Positions 1 to 9,798 of a stretch of DNA of 30,364 nucleotides are shown here, piece after piece. Every line of letters begins with the position of its first letter. Position 1 is the stretch's first letter. The notes under the pieces were generated by a model. The model did no database searches. It saw only the letters and a list, made by a program, of their open reading frames with translations, and was not told the origin of the DNA. The stretch comes from a virus (taxonomy: Duplodnaviria > Caudoviricetes): positions 1-30,364 of the IMG/VR virus record IMGVR_UViG_3300042366_000428. One strand, 5' to 3'. Both the position numbers and the translations under genes were made by a program.

Positions 1-157
1 GGCCGCCACGATGCCGTGGGCGTCCACGCCATCGACCTTGATGTCGGCCGCATCGCCCGACATGTGCGCCGAGGTCTTGGAGCCACCGATGCGGGTGTTG
101 ACCTCAGGCGACCGGTAGCCCGAGGTCACCCGCACCGGTCGGCCCAGGTGGGCACGG
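1..157. repeat. Terminal direct repeat, left copy (circular-assembly overlap)
   Basis: 1-157 matches 30208-30364 except position 31 (a) versus 30238 (g). Confidence 0.97.
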
Positions 158-312
158 AGCGGGTCGAGGATCACCTGCACGAGCACTTGAAGGTTGGTCC
201 GGTGTTCGGGGGTGGGCTGGTTCGGCAGCCCCGTGCTCGTGCGGGTGAGTTCTGCCCACGAGAAGAACTCGCCCGGCCGGCCGTCGAGCCGGGTCTGCGT
301 GACGTGGCTCAC
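1..312 (-). CDS. Endolysin, peptidase M15A-type Zn peptidase, 5' part (continues across the circular join at 30207..30040; 159 aa in total)
   Basis: GTG at 312-310 overlaps the upstream TGA (GTGA). Translation MSHVTQTRLDGRPGEFFSWAELTRTSTGLPNQP...ILDPLRAHLGRPVRVTSGYRSPEVNTRIGGSKTSAHMSGDAADI contains the SGYR and SxHxxGxAxD motifs of M15A. Confidence 0.9.
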   Translation of the reverse strand, partial: MSHVTQTRLDGRPGEFFSWAELTRTSTGLPNQPTPEHRTNLQVLVQVILDPLRAHLGRPVRVTSGYRSPEVNTRIGGSKTSAHMSGDAADIKVDGVDAHGIVAA

Positions 313-464
313 TTCTTCCCCCCCTTCTTCTTGGGCGCCGCCTTGGCCCGCTTCGCCACGCTAAGGGCGATGGCGACGGCCTGCTTCTTGGGCTTGCCCG
401 CCTTCATCTCGCGCACGATGTTGCTGCTGACGGACTTCTGCGAGTAGCCTTCCTTGAGCGGCAT
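309..464 (-). CDS. Small Lys-rich phage protein, 51 aa (MPLKEGYSQKSVSSNI...KQAVAIALS type)
   Basis: ATG 464-462 is TGATG-coupled to the upstream gene, with GGAGG upstream. Resembles a widespread small phage family of unknown function. Confidence 0.8.
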   Translation of the reverse strand: MPLKEGYSQKSVSSNIVREMKAGKPKKQAVAIALSVAKRAKAAPKKKGGKK

Positions 465-796
465 CACTTCCTCCGGGGGGTCTTGGTGCTCGGCGCACGC
501 TTGCCAGCCACCTTGGCCGCCACTGCACCCTTGGGAGCGCGGGTCGTCGGGGTCTTGGTCTTCGAGACGATCTTGGTCGGTCGGCAGTACTCGGCGGCGC
601 CACCGGCGCCGCACGGCTCGCCAGTCCGCACATCCTTCCACTTCTCCGCGCCCCAGCGTCGAAGCGATGCACCCTCCTCGGACTTGCGTGATTGGCCGCT
701 CTCCTTGCGGCACTTGGCGACCGCCTGCGATGCACGCGCGCTGGGCCAGACGGCGTACTGGGCCTTGATCTTCTTCGTGCACTCGTCGTCAGCCAT
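464..796 (-). CDS. Basic Cys-containing phage protein, 110 aa, DUF5872-like
   Basis: TGATG-coupled ATG at 796. Motifs KAQYAVWPSARAS..VAKC, LRRW..EKWKDVRTGEPCG and YCRP recall DUF5872 (from memory, not searched). Confidence 0.7.
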   Translation of the reverse strand: MADDECTKKIKAQYAVWPSARASQAVAKCRKESGQSRKSEEGASLRRWGAEKWKDVRTGEPCGAGGAAEYCRPTKIVSKTKTPTTRAPKGAVAAKVAGKRAPSTKTPRRK

Positions 797-1062
797 CACT
801 TGCTCCTCTTCGACTTGGCCCCGACACAACCCCAAGCCTTCCGGCTCAGGTTGTTCGGCGTGTTGGGGTCGTTCGCCTTCGATTCAGGCAAGCCTTGCTT
901 GATGCCAAGCGAACGGGCGCAGTAGGCGTCACCCTTCTTGGTGCCACGACGAATCCGAGGGCCACCGTCGGCGGCCGAGCCCGCCTGCCCGTAGCTGACC
1001 TTCTTGCCGCTCGGGGTGATCTTGACCTTGGCCTTACCGGCCGCGGGCTTCTTGGTTGGCAT
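796..1062 (-). CDS. Basic phage protein, 88 aa (GTKKGDAYCARS...DPNTPNNLSRKAWGC family)
   Basis: ORF track; TGATG-coupled at both ends. The YCARS and WxC motifs are typical of a recurrent small phage family. Confidence 0.75.
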   Translation of the reverse strand: MPTKKPAAGKAKVKITPSGKKVSYGQAGSAADGGPRIRRGTKKGDAYCARSLGIKQGLPESKANDPNTPNNLSRKAWGCVGAKSKRSK

Positions 1063-1382
1063 CAGGTGCTCCGATCGGGGGACTGGATCGTGGGGGCGCC
1101 GACGAGTACGCCCGAGTCAGTCAAGCCTTCGAGGCGCGCGAGCCGCCGGTCAATGCTCGCCAGAGTCCGGGTAACGGCCTTGCTCTCCTCGCGCTGCACC
1201 TTGATCAACTCGTCAATCTGGGCGAGATGGCGCTCGCCCAAGCGGGTGGCGAGCGGGAGGCCGTAGGACACGATCAGGCGGTACAGGCCGCCGAGCACGG
1301 CCAGGAGTGCGACTACCGCGGCCCCCGGCCCCGCAAGGTACGGGGCGAGGGCGGTGACTTCGGCTTGCGCGAGGGGGATCAT
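1062..1382 (-). CDS. Putative holin or membrane protein, 106 aa
   Basis: ATG 1382 with GGAAGG RBS. N-terminal hydrophobic segment (GAAVVALLAVLGGLYRLIVSYGL) followed by a coiled coil; lies upstream of the endolysin. Confidence 0.6.
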   Translation of the reverse strand: MIPLAQAEVTALAPYLAGPGAAVVALLAVLGGLYRLIVSYGLPLATRLGERHLAQIDELIKVQREESKAVTRTLASIDRRLARLEGLTDSGVLVGAPTIQSPDRST

Positions 1383-1495
1383 CGGGACCTTCCGAGGTAG
1401 GGGCCGGGGGGCACGCCGCCGAGGCGCAACGGGTGGGCGGCAGGGTAGGTCTGCCGCCACTGCTCGTACACTCGGCAGGCGAGGGGATCGGGCAT
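1379..1495 (-). CDS. Possible 38-aa hypothetical protein (MPDPLACRVYEQWRQTYP...)
   Basis: Its stop overlaps the holin start (ATGA) and it fills the gap; no clear RBS. Confidence 0.35.
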   Translation of the reverse strand: MPDPLACRVYEQWRQTYPAAHPLRLGGVPPGPYLGRSR

Positions 1496-1545
1496 CTGAT
1501 CTGGTCTGGTCCAGTACTCGACCGATCGGTCCGGCTCGGCAGCCG

Positions 1546-1803
1546 CTAAGGGATCGTGGGGATCGGGGGCAGCCCGGCCGCCGCCCGCGCCGCGATGTAC
1601 GCGTCGAACATGGCCCGGACGTACTTGCGACACACCGTCACGCCCGGAGACGTGCCGGAGGACGGGTCGTAGGCCGCGATGTCCGCGTGCAGTTCGTCCT
1701 CGGTGACGGCTACCGCGATGCGGTGCCCGTCCACGAGCTGCCGCGTCACGGGATCGTCGATGCCGTGGGTGATCTCGGTGTCCGCAAGGTAGACGACAAC
1801 CAT
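1546..1803 (-). CDS. Hypothetical protein, 85 aa (possible fibre-associated protein or chaperone)
   Basis: ATG 1803 lies 2 nt after the fibre stop, with GGAG upstream: MVVVYLADTEITHGIDDP... Confidence 0.75.
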   Translation of the reverse strand: MVVVYLADTEITHGIDDPVTRQLVDGHRIAVAVTEDELHADIAAYDPSSGTSPGVTVCRKYVRAMFDAYIAARAAAGLPPIPTIP

Positions 1804-1805
1804 GA

Positions 1806-3752
1806 CTAGCTCCAGGTACGGATGCTGCGGGGGCGGTGGACGATGGCGAGGCGGGTCCACCGGCTCTGCACGTCGGCGGCGCCGTTGTTGCCCAGCCGGA
1901 TCTCCTGCGACATGCTCGGCGCGACAGTCATGTTCTGCCATTCCCCGGTGTCCGATGTCGAAGCGGAGTAGTCGAACAGGCCTAGCGCCCCCTGCGTGGA
2001 GAGCCACGGCACGGACCGGGTGTCGCCCTCGCCCTCGGCGACCCAGAACTTGGTGCTGCCGTAGGGGTTGATCCCGGAGTTGAGGTCGGGCATCGAACCG
2101 CCGTAGATGTAGACTACGACGACGCGGCGTGCGCCGATGACGTGGAGGTCGACGCCGATCGTGACACCATCGATCTCGGTGCGGGGCACCTGGACGATGT
2201 TCCGCTGGCCTGCGTCGAACTGGGACTGGATGGCGATGACGTCGGCGGTCAGGGTGCCGTTGATGGTCGGGCCACGGGCGAACCGGATGTAGTTGCCGTT
2301 GGCTCCGGTCGAACCGGCGGTCCATGTCACGGTCGCGGCGGCCCCAATCACGGTGACCGCACCGACCCACCGGAACACCAGCTCGTCGGACGACGGGATC
2401 GACGCCCACCGCTCGGGCCAGTACGGGGTCGGATTGTCGTGCGTGTTGGCGATGCGCGGGTTGATCGCAACGCTAATGGCACGCGAGTTCGTCGCAAGCG
2501 ATGTCATCGAACAGTGGAGGCCGGTGGCGTCGAAGGCCGCTACTTCGGTGGCCGCGGCCGAACCCGCCGACAGCTGCGTGTAGGTCGTCTCCGCCTGCTC
2601 GGTGAACGAGTTGGCCACGAAGTCAGCGGAGTAGGTCTGCGACCCGGCAGACGGCACCGTCCACGCGGACGGGTCCTGCGCTCCGGCCGCCGCCATGTCC
2701 CAGTCGATGACCGTCTGCCACTTGGCGTCGAACCGGGTCATCGGGTCGCGCCGACGCCGGAACGGCTGGCAGATCCACTTGTTCGTGCCCCCGCCGGGGG
2801 TCGTCTCCTGGGCGGTGTGCAACCACAGGACGGCGCCGACCGCGGGATCGACGGTGAACGGGCCCTGGTACCGGGCGGTGGTGGTGTTCTTCATCGGCGA
2901 CGGCGTCACGATGCCCGACCCGACGACGCCGCCCCCCGGGATCTCCTGGTCGACGCCGACCCACCCGGCCGGGACCGTGAACGAGTAGGTCGCCGGGGGG
3001 TCCGTCTCGTCCATGACGATCTCGGGGAGGATGTCCGTCAGCACCCCGGCGCCCATGTAGATGAACATGATGTAGGTGTCGCCCCAGTTGCCCACGGAGT
3101 CGTAGGCCCGCACCCGGTAGTAGATGGGGGTGGCGTTGTTCGACCCGGTGTTCGTGACGGCCGACATGTAGATCGTGCGCGTCGACTGGTCGTAGTAATT
3201 GAACGTCTGCGCCGCCCCGCTGCTCCCCCCACCGCCGACCGCGGTGACCTCGTAGGTGTAGGGCCCGGTGCCGTTGGTGGGCGCGTCCCACGTGTAGGGG
3301 GACGGGTCCGGGGTCGGCGGGGTGGTGGACAGGTAGTACACCTTCGACACCATCTCCAACCACGTAGCGGCGCCCGTCGGCGCGGCGGCCGCGATGGTGA
3401 CCGCGTGGACCGCAGTCGCCAGCGGGTCGCCCGAAGCGTCCAGTGCGGTGAGCGTGAGCGCGTAGCCGTCTTCGTCGGCGAATCCGGACACGTCGTAGGG
3501 GCCCAGTCCGGACCCCGACGCGATGGACGTGGTCCCGACCGCGTTGACGATCGCGGCCGAGTAGCTGGCAATCTGACCGTCGGGGTCCGTGAAGGCACCG
3601 AACGTCTTGCTGGATGGTGTGCCCCCCGACGCGACCGCCTCGGACGTGGCCGCCGGCGGGGTGACGGGTGACGGGGCCGGGGGGCACGGGGCCGGGATGA
3701 CCGGGCCGCCAGATGCCCCGGTGTCGGGGTCGAACGCTGGGATGATCGGCAT
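1806..3752 (-). CDS. Tail fibre or receptor-binding-like structural protein, 648 aa
   Basis: Thr/Gly/Ser/Tyr/Trp-rich and beta-strand-like, with Ig/FN3-like segments (YALTLTALDASG, YYRVRAYDSVGNWG); position at the end of the tail module. Confidence 0.65.
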   Translation of the reverse strand: MPIIPAFDPDTGASGGPVIPAPCPPAPSPVTPPAATSEAVASGGTPSSKTFGAFTDPDGQIASYSAAIVNAVGTTSIASGSGLGPYDVSGFADEDGYALTLTALDASGDPLATAVHAVTIAAAAPTGAATWLEMVSKVYYLSTTPPTPDPSPYTWDAPTNGTGPYTYEVTAVGGGGSSGAAQTFNYYDQSTRTIYMSAVTNTGSNNATPIYYRVRAYDSVGNWGDTYIMFIYMGAGVLTDILPEIVMDETDPPATYSFTVPAGWVGVDQEIPGGGVVGSGIVTPSPMKNTTTARYQGPFTVDPAVGAVLWLHTAQETTPGGGTNKWICQPFRRRRDPMTRFDAKWQTVIDWDMAAAGAQDPSAWTVPSAGSQTYSADFVANSFTEQAETTYTQLSAGSAAATEVAAFDATGLHCSMTSLATNSRAISVAINPRIANTHDNPTPYWPERWASIPSSDELVFRWVGAVTVIGAAATVTWTAGSTGANGNYIRFARGPTINGTLTADVIAIQSQFDAGQRNIVQVPRTEIDGVTIGVDLHVIGARRVVVVYIYGGSMPDLNSGINPYGSTKFWVAEGEGDTRSVPWLSTQGALGLFDYSASTSDTGEWQNMTVAPSMSQEIRLGNNGAADVQSRWTRLAIVHRPRSIRTWS

Positions 3753-3762
3753 GATCTACCTC

Positions 3763-4191
3763 TCAGAGCTTCCAGGTGATGCAGGAGGCCTGCCAATCCG
3801 CCGACCCCGCGTCCAGCTTGGCGAACAGGTACAGCGTGGTCGTGTTCAGCAGGGCACCGAACACCGGGATGCCCACGCTCACCGCGGCGCACGCCGACGT
3901 CCCGGTGGTGATGCCGGCGGCCAGAGGGCACTCGACGTCGGGGACCACGGTGTAGTCGCCGGCGGCATCCAGGCTGAGACGGATGTAGATCTTGGCCGCG
4001 CCGCCCGCCACGTTCACAAGCCGCACGTGGATCGACTCGATCCAACCGCGGAACGGGGCGCTGGGGTTCGGGAGCAACGCCGTCATGTCGTGGGCATGGA
4101 CATCGGACGCGGCGAAGGCCAGGCCCAGCACTGGGGGCACGGACGGCACGACGACCGAGTCGGAGATGGCGAACGAGGTGTGCGGGGGCAT
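3763..4191 (-). CDS. Hypothetical virion protein, 142 aa (beta-rich)
   Basis: ORF track; AGGAGA RBS upstream. Confidence 0.75.
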   Translation of the reverse strand: MPPHTSFAISDSVVVPSVPPVLGLAFAASDVHAHDMTALLPNPSAPFRGWIESIHVRLVNVAGGAAKIYIRLSLDAAGDYTVVPDVECPLAAGITTGTSACAAVSVGIPVFGALLNTTTLYLFAKLDAGSADWQASCITWKL

Positions 4192-4208
4192 CGGGCTCTC
4201 CTACGGGG

Positions 4209-4217
4209 AATGTACCA
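4209..4217 (-). promoter_or_regulatory. Possible extended -10 promoter element (TGgTACATT)
   Basis: Sits in the only gap between the 1316-aa and 142-aa genes; resembles TGgTAGAAT upstream of the capsid gene. Confidence 0.4.
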
Positions 4218-4221
4218 CGGA

Positions 4222-7200
4222 TCAAGGGCGGTCGGTGGGGCGAACTTGCTCGACGGCGCGAGCGGTGGGCTCCTCAACGGTCTCGGCTCCGAGGCCCCAC
4301 AGGACCCCCTCACCCACACCGGATTCGACGGCCGTACCGGCGGCCGTGAGGGCCCGCACGAACGGGGTGCCGACGATGGGGGCCGCGGCCACGGTGCGGA
4401 GGTTCTGCCTCCCCTGCTTGGTCGGCCGGAGCACGAAGTACGTCTCGATCGTCGGGCGGGCGGGGTCACCCGTCTCGATGGTGTCCGCGACCACGAAGGC
4501 ACCGGGCCGGTCCGGCGGACGGACGGCCCACCGCAGAGGGTAGGTGTCGGGGTCGAGGGCCGACTCCTTCGGGGGCTTCTCGAAGTCCGGGGCAAGGAAC
4601 TGCAGCGTCCGGTCGTAGACGCCCCGGGATCGGTCGGGGTCGTAGGCGCGGGCCAGGGCCAGGGTCGCCATGTAGGTCTGGTCGATGGATGCGGGGCCCA
4701 GGGCGCGGCGCCGGGTGGCGACCGAGTCGGACGGCGGCTCCCCGCCGAATCCAGCGGAGGCGAGGGCCATGCGCTCCGCGATCTCGTCCATGGCCTCCGC
4801 TGACCCGGACAGGGCCGCGGTGACCAGGCCCAGCGGACCCTCCTCCACCAGGATGCCGGCCGCCGCCCCGGTGCCCGCGACCCCCTGTGCCAGCCCGACC
4901 ACCGCGTCGACCGGCGCGAGGAGCGGGGCGTTGGGCCCGAGCACGTCGACCGGACGGCCGAGCAACCGCTCGGTCTGCTCATCGGACAGGGGCGCGAGGG
5001 CACGGCGAAGCGGGGCGTCACCCATCTCTCCCGACGGATCCTGACGCTGCTGCTGCTCGCGCAGGGCCCGCAGGTAGGTGGAGTAGTTGCGCGGGTTCTT
5101 CGCCATCTTGTCGATGAACTCGGCACCGGCGGCCATGGTGTCGACGGCAACGGCCAAGTACGGAGAGAGCTTCTGGATGATCCCGAAGTCGTCGCGGAGG
5201 CCGTAGTCCAGCTGGGAGCGCCGGGCGAGTTCGATCGCGGCCTCTGGCGTCCGCCCCTCCTGCAGTGCGCGGGCGAACACCCCCCGCCGGTAGCCCTCCT
5301 CGATCGCCGTGGCGAGCGAGTAGGCCCACGGCCGGCCCATGAGCACGTCCTTAGCGACGTTGCCCGTCTTGTTCTTGGTGGCCGAGTAGAGGATGTCCGA
5401 GGTGAGGTTGCCCATGCGGGCGACGTCCATCCGACTGGGGCCGAACCCGCCGAGGTCGTCGATCATCCGGGACACGTCGTCGGCGCCGAGGTACCCGTAG
5501 GGGGTCACGATGCCGGTCATGTCGGACCAGACGGGCAGCCCGGTGTACCGGGTCGTCAGGTAGGCCCGGACGGGGGCCATGGCGATCTCGCCACCGAGCA
5601 CGGCCATGTCGGCCAGGACGGGGATGCGGGTGTTCTGCTTGGCCGAGCGGACGACGGCGGCAACGCGCTCAGCCACCTGCGCGACCGTCGGGTCGAAGGT
5701 CGCCGCTCGGGTCGGGATCGACTCGACCAGACGGAACCGCTCTTCGGCGCCGTTCTCGAAGAACTTGCGCTCGCTAATCATGCTGCTGGCATCCAGCCGA
5801 CCGACCGTGCCCGGCACGGCGAGCGTCGGCCGCGGCGAGTTGGGGTACTGGCGGGCGTAGGCGTCCAGCGCGTCGCGGCTAACGCGCTTCCGAACGCCCT
5901 CCTCCATGATGATCTTGGTCGCGTTGGCGGCGAAGTTGGGGCTGATCGCGCTCGGCACAGTGCGGGTGCGGACCAGCTCCTCGTGCAGGGCACGAGCCAC
6001 GTTCGGGCGGAGCAGGTCGGCGCCACGGGACTGGGCGAAGCTGACCAGCGTCCGAGCACGCTCACCCCCGTAAGCCTCCTCCAGCACCTTCTTGGCGATC
6101 TCAACGGGCGGCATGTCGCGCAGTTCGCGGGCGCCGATGCCGGCGAGGATGTCGTCCAGCGACTTGCCGGCGGCCGTGCCCGCCTCGACCTCACGCCGGA
6201 ACTGGCGCAGGGCGTCCATGCCCTTGCGCACGACTTCTTGCTCGGCGGCCGTGACGCTGGCCCGCTTCATCGCCTGCTCGACCCCTCCAGGGAGGACCGC
6301 AGCGCGGAAGGCGCGCACGAACTCGCCGTCCCAGACACGCGGCGTAGAGATGCCGTCGAGCAGGACCTGGAACTGGCCCAACTCGTCGAGGCGCCGGGCC
6401 TCGGCCTGGGCGGCGTCCACCACGGCGTCGTCCCGTGCGATGGCCTCCGCAGCACGGGTCAACGGCCGCCCGCTGGCCTTGGCGGCTTCGCGTTCGGCCC
6501 GCACGGCGGCGGCGGCGGCCGCGACGACGCGAGGCGCCAGGGTCGCCGGGACGGCGTAGCTGGGGCTGACCCGCACCAGGTCGGTGCGCGGCGCCACGCG
6601 CGCAAGGTCGGCCCTGGCCCGCGGGGTGGCCGCGACCAACCGATCGACGGCGCGCGAGTCCTGCACGATGCGCTGGGCTGTGGCCCGTGCCACAGCATCG
6701 TCTGAGAGCGAAGGGAACTGCTTCCGAATGTCCGCGGCCTGGGCCGCGCGCACCTGTGTCAGCCGCTGGCGCGCGGCGTCGGCCACGTTGTCGAGTGTCA
6801 ACCCCTTGGGGACATCCCCAAGCTGGCCCCCGACAGCACCCTTCCACAGTTCGGTCGCCAACTGCCGGTCGGCCTGGGCGACCGCACGGCGGGTCAGCCC
6901 CCCCGTGACGACCTTGGTTGCGGCCTTCACCACGCCGGTAGCCCGTGCCGCGTCCACGAAGGCACCCACCGGCGAGAAGGGCAGCGGGGCAGACAGGCCG
7001 AGGCCCGTGGCCTCGATGGCCAGCGGGGCGAGGGTGCCGAACTCGCGGTCGTAGACCTGGACGGTCGCGGGGTCAGCCCGGATCACGCCGGCCAGCGTCT
7101 CGCCCTCCCGGATCCGCTGGCTGACCGGCTTGTCCGGGATCGACTGGGGGGCCGGGATGGCGACCTGGGGCATGGCCGGGATTGCGTCCAGGGCGTCCAA

Positions 7201-8172
7201 TTCCCGGGCCAGGGGCGACGACCCGGGCGTCACCCCTGCCACGTGCTCCAACGCGCCCACGCCCCCGCGGACGGCACGCAACGCGGCCTCCTGGGCCGGT
7301 GCCGCGAGGCGCTGGCGGGTCTGCTCCGCCGTCTCGATCCCGGTGGCGATGGCGGCTGGCACCTCGGCCAGTGCCCGGATGGGGGCGGACTCGGAGGAGG
7401 CGGCGGCCTCGGACAGCCCGCGCAGGTACCGGGTGTAGAGCCCGCTGGACGTGATCGGGCCGGACATGGCCGGCAACTGCCGGTAGGCCTCGGTCGCCAC
7501 CGCCTCGACGGAGGCGGGAGCCGCCCGCATGACGGCCTGGAACGGGGTCTCGATGACCGCCCCTTCGAGTTCCCCGACCCGCTTCTGGACGTCCTCGGGG
7601 CGGGCGCCAGCGGCCAGCTGCCGTCCCGCCTCCCGGGTCAGCACGGGCTGGCGGGCGAACGACTCAACGAACTCCTCGGTCTCGGTCGAGGGGCGGGGCT
7701 GGGGCTCAGCCAGGGGCGGGATGAACTCACGGACCACCCGCTCGGTGCCCACCTCGGGGGCCGGGCGGGGCACCTCCTCGATCCGGGTCGGGCGCAGGAA
7801 CGGGATGCGGGTGGACTCGCGCTCCTCGAAGTAGCCACCCTCCGGCTCCCCGCCAGGCGACGCGACCGCCCGCCCCTCCTCGATGCGACGACGGACGTCA
7901 GCCACCTCGTCCTGGGTCTCGGGGATGATGCCGGGGGGCCGCGCCGCCTGGCGCTTGACCTTGGCTTCCTCGGCCCGCTCCAGAGCCGCCTGCTCGGCCA
8001 GCACGACCTCACCCTCGGACGGGAACTCCCCGCCCATGGCCGCCGACCGCTCAGCCGTGGCGCGGGCCTCGGCCTGCGATTGCTTGCGGGTGATGAACTT
8101 CCCGAAGTCGGCCACGGTGGCGTCATCAGGGAATTCGTACTCAGTACCTTCGTACTCGAAGATGCGAGCCAT
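4222..8172 (-). CDS. Large internal virion (DNA ejection-type) protein, 1316 aa
   Basis: Ala/Arg-rich and helical; largest and last of three size-increasing genes after the tail genes, as in T7 gp14-15-16 and P22 gp7-20-16. Positional inference. Confidence 0.6.
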   Translation of the reverse strand: MARIFEYEGTEYEFPDDATVADFGKFITRKQSQAEARATAERSAAMGGEFPSEGEVVLAEQAALERAEEAKVKRQAARPPGIIPETQDEVADVRRRIEEGRAVASPGGEPEGGYFEERESTRIPFLRPTRIEEVPRPAPEVGTERVVREFIPPLAEPQPRPSTETEEFVESFARQPVLTREAGRQLAAGARPEDVQKRVGELEGAVIETPFQAVMRAAPASVEAVATEAYRQLPAMSGPITSSGLYTRYLRGLSEAAASSESAPIRALAEVPAAIATGIETAEQTRQRLAAPAQEAALRAVRGGVGALEHVAGVTPGSSPLARELDALDAIPAMPQVAIPAPQSIPDKPVSQRIREGETLAGVIRADPATVQVYDREFGTLAPLAIEATGLGLSAPLPFSPVGAFVDAARATGVVKAATKVVTGGLTRRAVAQADRQLATELWKGAVGGQLGDVPKGLTLDNVADAARQRLTQVRAAQAADIRKQFPSLSDDAVARATAQRIVQDSRAVDRLVAATPRARADLARVAPRTDLVRVSPSYAVPATLAPRVVAAAAAAVRAEREAAKASGRPLTRAAEAIARDDAVVDAAQAEARRLDELGQFQVLLDGISTPRVWDGEFVRAFRAAVLPGGVEQAMKRASVTAAEQEVVRKGMDALRQFRREVEAGTAAGKSLDDILAGIGARELRDMPPVEIAKKVLEEAYGGERARTLVSFAQSRGADLLRPNVARALHEELVRTRTVPSAISPNFAANATKIIMEEGVRKRVSRDALDAYARQYPNSPRPTLAVPGTVGRLDASSMISERKFFENGAEERFRLVESIPTRAATFDPTVAQVAERVAAVVRSAKQNTRIPVLADMAVLGGEIAMAPVRAYLTTRYTGLPVWSDMTGIVTPYGYLGADDVSRMIDDLGGFGPSRMDVARMGNLTSDILYSATKNKTGNVAKDVLMGRPWAYSLATAIEEGYRRGVFARALQEGRTPEAAIELARRSQLDYGLRDDFGIIQKLSPYLAVAVDTMAAGAEFIDKMAKNPRNYSTYLRALREQQQRQDPSGEMGDAPLRRALAPLSDEQTERLLGRPVDVLGPNAPLLAPVDAVVGLAQGVAGTGAAAGILVEEGPLGLVTAALSGSAEAMDEIAERMALASAGFGGEPPSDSVATRRRALGPASIDQTYMATLALARAYDPDRSRGVYDRTLQFLAPDFEKPPKESALDPDTYPLRWAVRPPDRPGAFVVADTIETGDPARPTIETYFVLRPTKQGRQNLRTVAAAPIVGTPFVRALTAAGTAVESGVGEGVLWGLGAETVEEPTARAVEQVRPTDRP

Positions 8173-8175
8173 GTG

Positions 8176-9798
8176 TCACTCCCTGACTTCTACGAATTCG
8201 CCGGTCACGGGATCCCGTACAACCTTGGTACGGGAAGGGGCCGGAGCGGGGGCCGGAGCGGGGGCCGTCACCGTTGCGGCGGGAACCCGGGAGAAGTCGA
8301 CCCGCCCGGGGGCCGGCGGCGGGGCGGGTGGTGGGGCCGGGGATTGCGCAGAGGGGGGCCGTGCGGGCGCCGGCGCGGGGCGGGTGGCCCGCGGGGCGGG
8401 CGGGGGTGCCCGACCCGCCAGGGCGGCGTCCAGGGCCTCCAGCGGGGCTACCGTCTCGGGCCGCGGGGCGGGCGCCGGGGCGGGCGCCGGGGCCTGACGC
8501 TCCGCGAGCATCTTCCGCATGGACTCGGCCGTGGCCTGGGACCGTGCCTTCAGGTCCTCGACCTTGGCCTGCTTCTCGGCCTCGGTCAACTGGCTGGTGA
8601 CTGCCTTCTGTCGCTCAACGGCGTCCGACTGGGCGGCCTTGTCAGCCTCCTTCGCTTCGCGGGCGGGCGGCTGACGGGTGGCCGTGTCCCATGCGATGGC
8701 CCAGGCGGCCACCTGGGCCGCCTCTTGGTCGCTGGACGTGACCTTGCGCAGCTGGTCGATCAGGGCGGGGACGGACGGCTTCTGCCCCGACTTGCGGGCG
8801 ACCTCGACGTACTGCTGCGCCGATGCGTAGGCGGGGCCGGTACCACGCAGGGGCAGACCGTCCCGAGACTTGGGCATCTTCGCCACCAGGGTCAGAGCCT
8901 CGTAGGCGGGGGTGCCGCGCAGATCCAGGTAGGGGTCATCCGGGTCGATGCCCCGGGCCCGGAGTTCCCGGTACATGACCTCCTGCTCAGGCGTGCGCCC
9001 CTCGCGCAACTTGGTCGGATCGGCCGCCTCGGCCTTGGACTGCAGGTCGGTGATCCGCTGACGGAGGGCAACCCAGGTGGAGTTGAAGAGCTTGGCGTCC
9101 TTGTTCTGGTAGGCGCCACGGGCGGCGACCTCGTCGTAGACGGCGGCACCCGGATGGTCAGGCGGCGGCACACGTCCGTCGGACAGGATGCGCAGGTACT
9201 CGTCGAGCGCGCTTGACTGAGCCGGGTCCAGGGCCTCCCGGAACGCACGTCCCTCGGTGCCGCCGCGGAAGCCCTGCTCTCCCTGCTGGGCGAGGATCGA
9301 GACGAGCTGAGCCTCCTCTCCGCTGGGCGCCTTGCCGGCGGGGGGCTTCGTCGTCTGGATCACGCCGGCGGCGATCCGCTTGTTGAACACCTCGATGACC
9401 GCCGGGTTGACACCGAGTTCCTGGGCCTTCTTGCGGACGAGCCCCTGCTGCGCTGCGGACAGGGACTTGAGCCCCACCATCGCAGTGCCGAACGAATCAC
9501 TGGTCCGGAGTGTCGCCAGGGACGGTGGCAACGTGGCCGCGGCCGACGCAGCGGCACTGGCCGCAGCCGTCGCAGCCACCCGGTCGTTGAGGATCTTCGC
9601 CGCCGTGTCGAACGGGGACGCCTTGGTGCGGAGCGTCTCCTCCAGGCGTGAGATCGAGTCGAACTCGTCCGAGATCAGCTTCTGCAGCTCGATGGCGAGT
9701 TCGTCCTGCGCCTGGACAGACTCGGTGATCTGCTCCCACCGCTGCGCAGCAGCAGCCGAACGGGAGTAGGACTGGAGGTAGGCATCAGAGCGGGGCAT
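8176..9798 (-). CDS. Internal virion (ejection-type) protein, 540 aa, with Pro/Ala-rich C-terminus
   Basis: TGATG-coupled, helical, APAPAP tracts near the C-terminus; position. Confidence 0.6.
   Translation of the reverse strand: MPRSDAYLQSYSRSAAAAQRWEQITESVQAQDELAIELQKLISDEFDSISRLEETLRTKASPFDTAAKILNDRVAATAAASAAASAAATLPPSLATLRTSDSFGTAMVGLKSLSAAQQGLVRKKAQELGVNPAVIEVFNKRIAAGVIQTTKPPAGKAPSGEEAQLVSILAQQGEQGFRGGTEGRAFREALDPAQSSALDEYLRILSDGRVPPPDHPGAAVYDEVAARGAYQNKDAKLFNSTWVALRQRITDLQSKAEAADPTKLREGRTPEQEVMYRELRARGIDPDDPYLDLRGTPAYEALTLVAKMPKSRDGLPLRGTGPAYASAQQYVEVARKSGQKPSVPALIDQLRKVTSSDQEAAQVAAWAIAWDTATRQPPAREAKEADKAAQSDAVERQKAVTSQLTEAEKQAKVEDLKARSQATAESMRKMLAERQAPAPAPAPAPRPETVAPLEALDAALAGRAPPPAPRATRPAPAPARPPSAQSPAPPPAPPPAPGRVDFSRVPAATVTAPAPAPAPAPSRTKVVRDPVTGEFVEVRE

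Noticed and set aside
8237-8495. G-rich short tandem repeats
   Set aside because: Explained by Pro-Ala linker codons in the 540-aa protein.
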